Source of the DNA: a virus
Taxonomy: Duplodnaviria > Heunggongvirae > Uroviricota > Caudoviricetes
Virus record (IMG/VR): IMGVR_UViG_3300013426_000013
Span: 61,580 to 125,579 of that record
Length of the DNA stretch: 64,000 nt
Strand: one strand, 5' to 3'
The notes beneath the pieces were generated by a model, which made no database searches, had not been told where the DNA came from, and saw nothing but the letters and a program-made list of their open reading frames with translations. Position numbers and translations under genes: made by a program. Positions 44,455-52,918 of this stretch are shown here, in pieces; position 1 is the first letter of the stretch; every line of letters starts with the position of its first letter.

Positions 44455-45420
44455 ATGAAATTAATTGCTAATTGGTTGAACAGTTTCAACTACTCAAAAG
44501 AAGAGCTTGCTAAATTGACTAGCATACGTGATTCTGAACAAATTGTTGAAGATAATTTTGAAGAAGAAAAAAATAGAACTTTTTCTATGCTTCCATTCAA
44601 TAGCTTTACGCATAAAGAATTATCAGTGGATACGTGTGCTACAAACATTATAAATAAATTGTTTGATAAATATGTTGACGATGATACTTTAGTTATTACT
44701 ACAGGTAGTGAACATCATTCTGTTAAAAATAATTTTAAGAAATGCAAGAATTTAATTCATTTTGTTTGTCGAGGTGAGATTCGTAAAGATATAGACATTA
44801 TAAAAGAAATCAAACCTTTTAAAAAGGTATTCATTTATATGATTGCTTTAAGCGTTGGTGATACACATTATTTAAACAATTGTATTATTGAATGGTTGCA
44901 ACAAATTTTAAAAGAAAACAATAAACAGTTTGTTACTGTATTGGATGCTGTTCAAGAACTATTTCTATTGCCACGTGACTACTCTATTTATGATTATGTA
45001 GTAGGTACTTCACATGCTTTGATTCCAAATTATGATATGGGTATGTTATTTGGTAAATCAGACTTTTCTTATAAAGCAGGAAATTGGTTGAAAGATTTTA
45101 ACGATTGCATGTCAATTTTATTAAGAAATAGAGACAAACTCTATCAATTAAATGTAATTATGAGGCAGCATTTTGCTAAATTTACAACATTTGATAAAGA
45201 CTTAATTGATTCAAGTCGAGCGCCATACGTTTATAATTTATGTGACTATAAAAAACGTTTAGAAGGGTTAAATGATGTAGATTATGAGCACGGGGCAATT
45301 GTCCCGGGTGATTATACACCTGTAACTTTTCGAGCCTGTCCTTTCCTTGCACATCAAGAAAAGTTTATAGATAGGATACAACAAATAGACAATATTCTTG
45401 AAATAGATATTGGCAATTAA
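44455..45420 (+). CDS. cysteine-desulfurase-like protein lacking PLP lysine, paralog 3
   Basis: 321 aa with TTGSEHHSV, LDAVQELF and DYVVGTSHALIPNYDMGMLFG (Ser at the Lys position). Confidence 0.55.
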   Translation: MKLIANWLNSFNYSKEELAKLTSIRDSEQIVEDNFEEEKNRTFSMLPFNSFTHKELSVDTCATNIINKLFDKYVDDDTLVITTGSEHHSVKNNFKKCKNLIHFVCRGEIRKDIDIIKEIKPFKKVFIYMIALSVGDTHYLNNCIIEWLQQILKENNKQFVTVLDAVQELFLLPRDYSIYDYVVGTSHALIPNYDMGMLFGKSDFSYKAGNWLKDFNDCMSILLRNRDKLYQLNVIMRQHFAKFTTFDKDLIDSSRAPYVYNLCDYKKRLEGLNDVDYEHGAIVPGDYTPVTFRACPFLAHQEKFIDRIQQIDNILEIDIGN

Positions 45421-45424
45421 AAAC

Positions 45425-45453
45425 AAAGGCTGGAATTAAAATTTCCAGCCTTT
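45425..45453. terminator. bidirectional rho-independent terminator
   Basis: AAAGGCTGGAA ... TTCCAGCCTTT hairpin between convergent genes. Confidence 0.6.
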
Positions 45454-45457
45454 ACTA

Positions 45458-46069
45458 CTAAACAGTTGCTTTATTGATGTTGACCATTCTTTGTTGTTGG
45501 TCTGTTGTTCGATATAGTTGTTTATCAAACCAATCAAGACCTTCAATATTGTTTGGAACGATTGCAAATTTTAAATCATCTTTAAATTTAATTGAGTTAT
45601 CTTCAATAAAAGGTTTGAACATGTCTTTTACACAAACAAATGAACAATTCTTTAAAAGATAGTTTCTCAATTCAGAATATATTCCAAAAGCATCGAGATG
45701 ATCTAAACGAAGTAAAGTTTCATTGATTTTATTGTAGTCTTCTTCGTTTATTGTTGACATTGCACAACCACAAACGATCCTCGATTGTTGTGTTGAATCA
45801 TAACTTAATTGATTGACTGTAAGTATAACTAAATGTGTTTTATCAAAAAACACTCGCATCCTGACAAAACTAAACACGCCTTTATTTTCGACATCGTTTT
45901 CAGCATGGAATGAGAATTCCTTCAAATCATCTTTATTCCATTCATCACCTTTAACATATTGAGAAATATAGCTAAAATCTTCTTTAGCATATTTCATGTG
46001 CTTTTCTTCTAAAGGATGCCCATAGCTTTCTTTCATTAATTGCAAAAACAATTCAGTAAACGTTTTCAT
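45458..46069 (-). CDS. hypothetical protein
   Basis: 203 aa. Confidence 0.5.
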   Translation of the reverse strand: MKTFTELFLQLMKESYGHPLEEKHMKYAKEDFSYISQYVKGDEWNKDDLKEFSFHAENDVENKGVFSFVRMRVFFDKTHLVILTVNQLSYDSTQQSRIVCGCAMSTINEEDYNKINETLLRLDHLDAFGIYSELRNYLLKNCSFVCVKDMFKPFIEDNSIKFKDDLKFAIVPNNIEGLDWFDKQLYRTTDQQQRMVNINKATV

Positions 46070-46223
46070 TAAGTTGTACCTGTTTTTTATTTGTTTAAAT
46101 TAAGAACGTTAAATTTTGTGCTATAATTAGATTCGTAAACAGATAGTCATTGTTGGATTTACTTCTTAAAAGTTGCAAAACAAAAATATATTTGTTTTGC
46201 AACTTTGATTTGTTCTAAAATAA

Positions 46224-46237
46224 GCTGTACGAAACTT
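46224..46237. promoter_or_regulatory. GTACGAAACTT element (variant of the GTCGTACGA box)
   Basis: AAGCTGTACGAAACTTGTT closely matches copy 5 (AAGTCGTACGAAACTTTGTT), upstream of the 46282/46770 structural genes. Confidence 0.4.
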
Positions 46238-46281
46238 GTTTATCTAATCTGTTTGTTAAATAAAAATTAAGGAAACAAACA

Positions 46282-46752
46282 ATGGGTGTCCATTACTATC
46301 TTGATGAAATTCAAGAAATCAAAAAACTAATTTATAATGAAATAAAAAAGAAAGGTGTTGAAATCGATAAAGATCTCTACTTCAATGAATATCCTTTGAA
46401 GATTAGAGAAATCGAAACAGCATCAAAAGAGGAAAAACCATACTTTAACTTTTTTAAAGTGCCTATTGAACCCAAAAACTTTGTGTTCGGAGGTGGCGTT
46501 TCTTCTGTAATGGGTGAAATTTATTTTTCTTTCAACATAAAAGATATTCTAACAATTGAAAAACCTTTACTTAAAATAGGTGATCAAGTTTGGGGTTATC
46601 GTGGTTTAGAAACTGTCGATAAATCGTATGTGGTTGAAAAACAAGTTTCTTCCATAGATTATAGTTTTATTAAGGCTCAACCAACATGTACAGAGCAAGT
46701 TTGGGGGCCAAATAAAACTTTAGATGACTTTCAATTCTCAACTGACGTTTAA
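46282..46752 (+). CDS. hypothetical structural-module protein
   Basis: 156 aa with an RBS AAGGAAACAAACAATG. Confidence 0.5.
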   Translation: MGVHYYLDEIQEIKKLIYNEIKKKGVEIDKDLYFNEYPLKIREIETASKEEKPYFNFFKVPIEPKNFVFGGGVSSVMGEIYFSFNIKDILTIEKPLLKIGDQVWGYRGLETVDKSYVVEKQVSSIDYSFIKAQPTCTEQVWGPNKTLDDFQFSTDV

Positions 46753-46769
46753 TTTTAAGGAATTTACAA

Positions 46770-48929
46770 ATGTCTACAATTATTTATAACAACGTAGAAT
46801 ATAATCAAATCTTTATCGACCCATCTAAAACTGTTGCCGGTGACGGGTCAACACCAGAAAATGCATTGTTTGATTTTCCAACAACATTGGCTGACAATAC
46901 TTGTTATGTCATTAGACGTACAAATGAAAGTCCTAATACTTTACCACAAATTCCTAACGGAACTTACGATTTTAAAAATTTGATGATTTGTGGTATGCCT
47001 AAAGAAACAGATTTATTGTACAAGTATATGAATCAGTTGGAAAAAGATGCTTGGGGTAAAGACAATTTTGACTATGCAATGTGTCGTGTCAACAACACAA
47101 CGGCCAACCAACCAGCTGTTACTCTAACAGCCGTCAATGATTTTATTGTCAATCGTTGTTATTTGTTCAGAGATGAAAGCGATTTGTCTAACGACAATGT
47201 TAAAGAATTTGCCTTTGACGTGACAAACGCTGATGCTTGCACCAAATTTGACAATTGCAAATTTGGGTTTTTAGGCGATAATTTTGATGATGACGCATGG
47301 TTAAGTAGTCATTCTGCACCAAACAATAAAAATCGTGCCTATTTTCTACATGCAAGCGATACACAGGCAGTTTCCATCTCAAATTGTGTTTTTAACGCTG
47401 CTTCAGATTATAACAGTTTAAACGGCACTTATCGTTCCTGTTTGTTGACTGTGGAAGGAACACAAAATATAAACATTTGCAATAATATATTTAATATTTG
47501 CAGTAAATCTAATGCTGCTTCAAGTGCATCACATGATTGTTGTTCATATTTATATGGAAACGTTTGTCGTAATGTAAATATGTCTAACAATGTTTTCAAT
47601 ATGATTGATTATGGCAACATTTACTGTCCACACTTTTCAATATGTTTTTTCATGCCTGAAAATGATTATACAACTAATTTTATAGTTGATAATACAAAAG
47701 TGAATTATAAACAAATGAAAGACAATGTTGCTTCGTGTGTCCAAGGTTCAATTTTATTTGATTTTGAAAACTTAACTCACTATTCAATTACAAACTTTGA
47801 TTTAGATTTTTCTAATTCACCATACTTTGGTTTATATAAAGACTTATTAATTAGTTGTAAGTATTCAAGAAGCCCAAATAATAAGATTGACAATATTTCT
47901 ATAAAATATAATACATCTTCAAAAGTAGGTTATAATGATAATAATAACAACGATTTTGGAAGTTTAGCAATTTTATGTGATTCTGTAATGGGCAGCACGG
48001 GTTCAGAGCAATCTACACCTATTTATACACCAACCATTTGTAAAGCTACAAACATTTCTGTTTTAAGAGGTTATGGCGCCGCATTGTATTCAACAGGTGC
48101 TTGTATTGAAGCGAATATAATTCGTGGATTGATTTATCTTTATAGTCGAAATTACTTTAAAGCTAACAAAGTAATCAACCCAAAGGGTAACTATAGGGTT
48201 ATTGATATGTCTAGCGCTGCATGCTGCAGTACTGTATCAATTGATACACTTGAAGTTGTTAAAGATGATGCAACATATCCGTATGACTCTTCAATAGAAC
48301 AGATCGTATTTTACAATCTTGAATATGGTGCAACAAACAATGTTTTCATTAATCATTGTAATGCATTACCGTTCAATCTATCAATGTCAACGAACAAAAA
48401 TAGTAATGCTCGTGAAACTTCATGGGTTGCTAATGATTACAATGGTTTGTTTATTGCCCGTAACCTTTCAGCTTCAGCTAAATCATGGGGTGTTACAAGA
48501 GCTGGTACTACTGCTAAAGCATCTTTTAAGATGGAAACAACCGTCAATGATACAAACAACGAATTGACATTAGGTTGCAATCCTTGCACTGGCTTTATTT
48601 TGACCCCGTCTGAAACAGGTGCAAAAACAATTACAGCGTATTTTGGTTCATCTAATTCTTATACTTCTTTTGCAGGTATTGGTTCCAAAATTTGGCTGGA
48701 AGCTTTTGTTCCTCAAACAGATGGTTCAGTTAAAGTGTATAACTCAATTGTTCAAGGTTCAGTTGAACAGGATACTTCAGTTTGGGAAGGCGATTCTGGC
48801 GTGAAACCTCTAAAAGCTGTATTGCCTGTCGATGTCCAAACAACTGACGATATTGAAGTTAAGGTTCATTTCCATTGGTATGATAGCATTGGCTATACAT
48901 ATTTAGATCCGGAATTACATCTCGACTAA
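46770..48929 (+). CDS. large Asn/Ser/Cys-rich structural protein, probable beta-helix tailspike/depolymerase-like
   Basis: 719 aa with repetitive N-x-x-F-N/NIC/NNVFN segments typical of parallel beta-helix proteins. RBS AAGGAATT. Terminator immediately after. Confidence 0.5.
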   Translation: MSTIIYNNVEYNQIFIDPSKTVAGDGSTPENALFDFPTTLADNTCYVIRRTNESPNTLPQIPNGTYDFKNLMICGMPKETDLLYKYMNQLEKDAWGKDNFDYAMCRVNNTTANQPAVTLTAVNDFIVNRCYLFRDESDLSNDNVKEFAFDVTNADACTKFDNCKFGFLGDNFDDDAWLSSHSAPNNKNRAYFLHASDTQAVSISNCVFNAASDYNSLNGTYRSCLLTVEGTQNINICNNIFNICSKSNAASSASHDCCSYLYGNVCRNVNMSNNVFNMIDYGNIYCPHFSICFFMPENDYTTNFIVDNTKVNYKQMKDNVASCVQGSILFDFENLTHYSITNFDLDFSNSPYFGLYKDLLISCKYSRSPNNKIDNISIKYNTSSKVGYNDNNNNDFGSLAILCDSVMGSTGSEQSTPIYTPTICKATNISVLRGYGAALYSTGACIEANIIRGLIYLYSRNYFKANKVINPKGNYRVIDMSSAACCSTVSIDTLEVVKDDATYPYDSSIEQIVFYNLEYGATNNVFINHCNALPFNLSMSTNKNSNARETSWVANDYNGLFIARNLSASAKSWGVTRAGTTAKASFKMETTVNDTNNELTLGCNPCTGFILTPSETGAKTITAYFGSSNSYTSFAGIGSKIWLEAFVPQTDGSVKVYNSIVQGSVEQDTSVWEGDSGVKPLKAVLPVDVQTTDDIEVKVHFHWYDSIGYTYLDPELHLD

Positions 48930-48936
48930 AACAGCA

Positions 48937-48966
48937 AAAGCGGGGTTTAAAACCCCGCTTTTTATA
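48937..48966. terminator. bidirectional rho-independent terminator
   Basis: AAAGCGGGGTT-TAA-AACCCCGCTTT plus T-run between convergent genes. Confidence 0.7.
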
Positions 48967-49579
48967 TTGCTGTAACTTTTACGTATCCACCTAGTGCTGG
49001 ATATGATGCACTGTTTTGACCAGCATTATTATATCCTGAAGCACCCGGACCTGTTTGAGTATTGTCGAATGTCGAAACTGTTCTGGTTGAGCCTGGTGCA
49101 ACCCATGAATCATAAATAGCAAACCAATGGCCATTCGCCGGTGTGTTGTTACTAATTATTTGAAAATCTGTCCATAAAGACGTATCGAAACCACCTGTTG
49201 AATAACCAACAGCTTTTGTTCCATCCCCAACTTTACCGGAATTAAAAGCAGAACCAACTTGTTGTAGATTTCCTTGAGGTGCTATAAATATATTTGAAGA
49301 ATAGTCTGGTAGAGTTCCTACTCCTGAAGCAGCGCCTTCATGTGTCGGCGCTGGTAAAGATCCATTACCGAAATTTGTATTATCACCGCCGTTACCAACA
49401 AAAATATATAATTTCTGCCCAACAGTTTTTGGTTTAATCCTGATAACTCCACAACCTGAACCACTTGCTGTCGAACGTGACCAATAAACCTTATAACGTT
49501 TATCACTATGTTTGTTTAAACGGTTGTTTCTATTATGTTTTTTGATGTTGTTATTTAAAAAGTTTCCAACGTTAATCAT
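48962..49579 (-). CDS. glycine-rich structural protein family, member
   Basis: 205 aa with YIFVGNGGDNTNFGNGS and many G-x-G repeats. Confidence 0.5.
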   Translation of the reverse strand: MINVGNFLNNNIKKHNRNNRLNKHSDKRYKVYWSRSTASGSGCGVIRIKPKTVGQKLYIFVGNGGDNTNFGNGSLPAPTHEGAASGVGTLPDYSSNIFIAPQGNLQQVGSAFNSGKVGDGTKAVGYSTGGFDTSLWTDFQIISNNTPANGHWFAIYDSWVAPGSTRTVSTFDNTQTGPGASGYNNAGQNSASYPALGGYVKVTAI

Positions 49580-49591
49580 TCAATAATTCCT

Positions 49592-49852
49592 TTATAAATC
49601 GATTGCAGCACCTACAACTGGTGAACCCCCACCAACAATTACAATCTCTATCATTTGAGCTGTTGGCAGAATTAATTCATATTTTGTGCCGCCACCACCG
49701 CCGTTTGTTCCATATTTTTCAAACAGAATTGTACCTGTTGGTAATGCTTTTTGATAAAGTAACGTTGAACCTTGATAAATTTGAGAAATAGTTTTATCGC
49801 CTAATGTAATCAATGGCATTTCTTTTCCGTCATAAACAATCATATGAAACAC
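49592..49852 (-). CDS. glycine-rich structural protein family, short member
   Basis: 86 aa with GSTLLYQKALPTGTILFEKYGTNGGGGGTKYELILPTAQMIEIVIVGGGSP. Confidence 0.5.
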   Translation of the reverse strand: MFHMIVYDGKEMPLITLGDKTISQIYQGSTLLYQKALPTGTILFEKYGTNGGGGGTKYELILPTAQMIEIVIVGGGSPVVGAAIDL

Positions 49853-49910
49853 TTTCTAGTAACTAAATATTTAGTTGCATAAAATTACAACTAAAAGGAA
49901 GAACATGTAG

Positions 49911-49918
49911 TCGTACGA
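49911..49918. promoter_or_regulatory. TCGTACGAC element, copy 4
   Basis: ATGTAGTCGTACGACTCAAATC in a divergent intergenic region. Confidence 0.45.
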
Positions 49919-49946
49919 CTCAAATCTTATTTTTACAAATATTAAG

Positions 49947-49955
49947 TCGTACGAA
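49947..49955. promoter_or_regulatory. GTCGTACGA element, copy 5
   Basis: ATTAAGTCGTACGAAACTTTG followed by TATAAT, ahead of the 49981 gene. Confidence 0.5.
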
Positions 49956-49980
49956 ACTTTGTTCTATAATTATAGTTTAA

Positions 49981-50664
49981 TTGTTATTTGTGTTTAGTGT
50001 TATGTCAATTTATAAAGGTAAAATCAAGCAAAATATAATATGTGAAGGTTTGAAAACAATTGAAAAGATCTGCAAAGGTTCAACAATTATATATGAAAAT
50101 AAGTTACCTGCTGGCCAAATTTTAGTTGAAACATCAACGCCAGGAACATATACATTAACAATTCCTAAAACACAAAACTATTATTTTATTGCAGTCGGCG
50201 CTTGTGGCGGTAGTGCATTGGGCGGTTCTGGGCACTATACAAATTGTAATGCTGCTGGTGGTTCTGGCGCATGTGCAGCTGGAACAATTAAATTAGCAAA
50301 AGGCACTATTGTCACTTATGTTGTAGGTGCATTAGGTGCAAATAACTCTGGGTACTCTGTCGGAAACTATCCGGCAAAAGCAGGTGGTGCATCGTCAGTT
50401 TCAATTCCTGGAAATTCTATAGCAACAGCGAACGGTGGTGGCGGTGCAATTGCACATATTCATACTTCACCAACAAGAACGCCATGTGCAGGTGGAACAT
50501 ATGCATTTGGGTCTGGTGTAACCGTAGACACATCTATAACTAAAAATGGCAACTCTGGTGTAAATGACTCCCCTGGCGCATCTGTTTACGGTGGTCATGG
50601 TAAAGGTAACCAAACAGGTACAACAAACGGTACACTTGGGTATTTTATTTTTAAAACAGCATGA
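49981..50664 (+). CDS. glycine-rich structural protein family, member
   Basis: 227 aa with MSIYKGK ... TYTLTIPKTQNYYFIAVGACGGSALGGSG. Confidence 0.55.
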   Translation: MLFVFSVMSIYKGKIKQNIICEGLKTIEKICKGSTIIYENKLPAGQILVETSTPGTYTLTIPKTQNYYFIAVGACGGSALGGSGHYTNCNAAGGSGACAAGTIKLAKGTIVTYVVGALGANNSGYSVGNYPAKAGGASSVSIPGNSIATANGGGGAIAHIHTSPTRTPCAGGTYAFGSGVTVDTSITKNGNSGVNDSPGASVYGGHGKGNQTGTTNGTLGYFIFKTA

Positions 50665-50666
50665 CA

Positions 50667-50690
50667 ACTTGTACGGATTAGCAATTTAAA
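50667..50690 (+). promoter_or_regulatory. AACTTGTACGGRTTRGCWATTTAAA element, copy 1
   Basis: AACTTGTACGGATTAGCAATTTAAA. A near-identical copy lies at 52845-52869, each ~70-130 nt upstream of a plus-strand gene. Confidence 0.4.
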
Positions 50691-50822
50691 ACACAAACGG
50701 CTTTTGCTTTTAAGACTTGGTAAATAAAAAATTTTACCATTGGTTTGTAAATTTTACCTTGCCAATTTCTTTTAAATTTGCTAAACTTAATATACAAAAA
50801 TAACAAACTAATAGGTTTCTAA

Positions 50823-51755
50823 ATGGTAACAAAAAAAGATTTGGAATTACTTCCTTCTAACATTAAACATCAAGTTGAAAAATGTTTGCAGTTTGAAGAA
50901 GATTGTAAAAAGCAAGATGAAATTGAATTTCGTGAATTCGCACGATCACACAATAATCTTTCTGCAAGTGATTTTGTTTTACAATACTATAATACAACAA
51001 AAAAAGTATTGTCTGATGAACGTTTGTTTTGGTACTTGCAAGTTTATGGAACAAACACATATGGTGCTAGTGTAGCTAAATTTGTATTAGACAATACAGA
51101 TTTAAATGATATTCATGTTCCTGTAAATGAAAACAAACCAAAAGAATGTTTGAAAGAATTTAAGGATCCTGTTATAGCACCTTATGAAATTACATGCACA
51201 TGTGAACAGCCTTCTATTACTGTTCATAATGAAACATGTAAATGTTGTGAGGTGTTTCCTGAATTACTTGAAGACAGCAACACCTTTCAACAGTTTAGTA
51301 ATAAAGAAAATTCTAAAGATGATAATGAATTGTTTCAATTGTCAAAAGCTGTTTATCAAGCTTGCAAGATGTATGAAAACAAATCAATTACATCTTTAAT
51401 TTTGTTTGATATACTTTATGAAAAAGATGAATCTAAAAGCATTGATGATAGTGATAACTACAAATTCATTGTAGAATTAATTAAAACAATGTCATCATAC
51501 GGCATCATTAAAAGGAAAAGTTTGACATTTAAGATTGTTGATAATTTATTCACTTTTGATCGTGTAAAGAATTGTATTGTTAAGACATGTTGCTATTCCA
51601 ATTTGTTTACAAATGAAGAAAAGATTAACTATTTGCAAGCAATGAAAACGTTGAATGTAATGGAATTGAGTCGATTGTTTAAGCAAGCTCATGAAAAAAC
51701 TTCTGAACTTTTGGAAAGTCTAGGACTTAAGAAAAAGCGAACTAAAAAGAATTAA
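50823..51755 (+). CDS. hypothetical protein with basic C-terminus
   Basis: 310 aa ending LKKKRTKKN. Confidence 0.5.
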   Translation: MVTKKDLELLPSNIKHQVEKCLQFEEDCKKQDEIEFREFARSHNNLSASDFVLQYYNTTKKVLSDERLFWYLQVYGTNTYGASVAKFVLDNTDLNDIHVPVNENKPKECLKEFKDPVIAPYEITCTCEQPSITVHNETCKCCEVFPELLEDSNTFQQFSNKENSKDDNELFQLSKAVYQACKMYENKSITSLILFDILYEKDESKSIDDSDNYKFIVELIKTMSSYGIIKRKSLTFKIVDNLFTFDRVKNCIVKTCCYSNLFTNEEKINYLQAMKTLNVMELSRLFKQAHEKTSELLESLGLKKKRTKKN

Positions 51756-51767
51756 TTGGAAAAATTT

Positions 51768-51802
51768 CAGCGGGTAGTTTTGTTACTACCCGCTTTTCTT
51801 TT
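51768..51802. terminator. rho-independent terminator
   Basis: CAGCGGGTAG-tttgtta-CTACCCGCTTTTCTTTT. Confidence 0.65.
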
Positions 51803-52019
51803 ATATTGCTAATTTAAACTCTGGTGACTTTATCGCTGAAATAAAATCTGGAAATTGTTTTACAACCGGCTCTATCATTTCGTTTTTTCTACACATGCAA
51901 GTTAACCCATTGCTATATAGGTAAAAACAAAACTCTTCTGAAACTTTAGTTATCAAGAATCTTTCACCACAAAAGGTTTCTCGTAACTGGAATGCTTTAG
52001 GGAGTGCTGATTTAGACAT
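51801..52019 (-). CDS. small hypothetical protein
   Basis: 72 aa with an RBS GGTGAA on the minus strand. Confidence 0.35.
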   Translation of the reverse strand: MSKSALPKAFQLRETFCGERFLITKVSEEFCFYLYSNGLTCMCRKNEMIEPVVKQFPDFISAIKSPEFKLAI

Positions 52020-52185
52020 GGGATTTCACCTTGTTCATAGTTGCACGGACTTTTTCAAGAACATTAATTAGACATTGCTGCTTTTACAGACTTAATGTAT
52101 GGCTAAAGAATTCAATGCAACTGTTGACAACAAACTACAATTAAACGTAATTATTTAATTTGACAAAATTTAAACAAAATTTTCA

Positions 52186-52758
52186 TTAACTTGTCGACAA
52201 TTTATTGTATAGCATAAACAATAAACGTACTTGCTTAAAGCAAGAATTATCTAAAGGTGTAGGAAGTTCAAATGCTGTACAAATTGTATTAAATTTGAAA
52301 TCAGGAATGGTTGGGCGAATGTCTAGCAATAAAATGTTTGCCATTTGCATTACATCTAACGCAGGTGAATAGAAGTAATCAAAAAATCGATTATGTTTGT
52401 TTCCTGATTCATCAACAACTGTTCCATGTTTTTTAAACATATTCAATAAAAAGTCATAAACAAATGATGCATTATACGCAACAATCATAAACTTTTCATC
52501 AGGTACAGTGTGTTTATTCAAAAACTTTTCAATATGGTTAAATGCAAATTCTTGCGGAATATATTGTTGAATTGTTTCTTGCTTTTCATTGTTAATTTCT
52601 AGCGCTTTTGAATCGAACTCAACTTCACCAGGATTCATTTTAGTAAACATTTGATCTATTGCACGACCATCTTTTACTGCAAGCATTGCTATTTCAGTTA
52701 TCCCATGTTTCCATGGAATAGTGCCGGTTGTCTTTATTGAGATAAAAATTTTAATCAT
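52186..52758 (-). CDS. DnaQ-fold exonuclease homolog with degenerate Exo I motif (probably inactive)
   Basis: 190 aa. The N-terminus FISIKTTGT ... ITEIAML parallels FDTETTG ... IIEIA but has D-to-S and E-to-K changes. Exo II is VAYNASFVYDFL. Exo III is YSPALDV (Y-type). Confidence 0.45.
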   Translation of the reverse strand: MIKIFISIKTTGTIPWKHGITEIAMLAVKDGRAIDQMFTKMNPGEVEFDSKALEINNEKQETIQQYIPQEFAFNHIEKFLNKHTVPDEKFMIVAYNASFVYDFLLNMFKKHGTVVDESGNKHNRFFDYFYSPALDVMQMANILLLDIRPTIPDFKFNTICTAFELPTPLDNSCFKQVRLLFMLYNKLSTS

Positions 52759-52844
52759 TTAGTTTTCTAACTGTTAATTGTTTGAACGCGAAATAAACTA
52801 TAACATAAAGCTTGTTTTATTGCAACATATTTGTTCAAACTTAA

Positions 52845-52869
52845 ACTTGTACGGGTTGCTATTTAAATT
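52845..52869 (+). promoter_or_regulatory. AACTTGTACGGRTTRGCWATTTAAA element, copy 2
   Basis: AACTTGTACGGGTTGCTATTTAAAT upstream of the 52919 gene. Confidence 0.4.
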
Positions 52870-52918
52870 GGTTCTAAAAAATTAATAGTGTTACTAAATT
52901 AGTTAAAAAGGTGCATAA

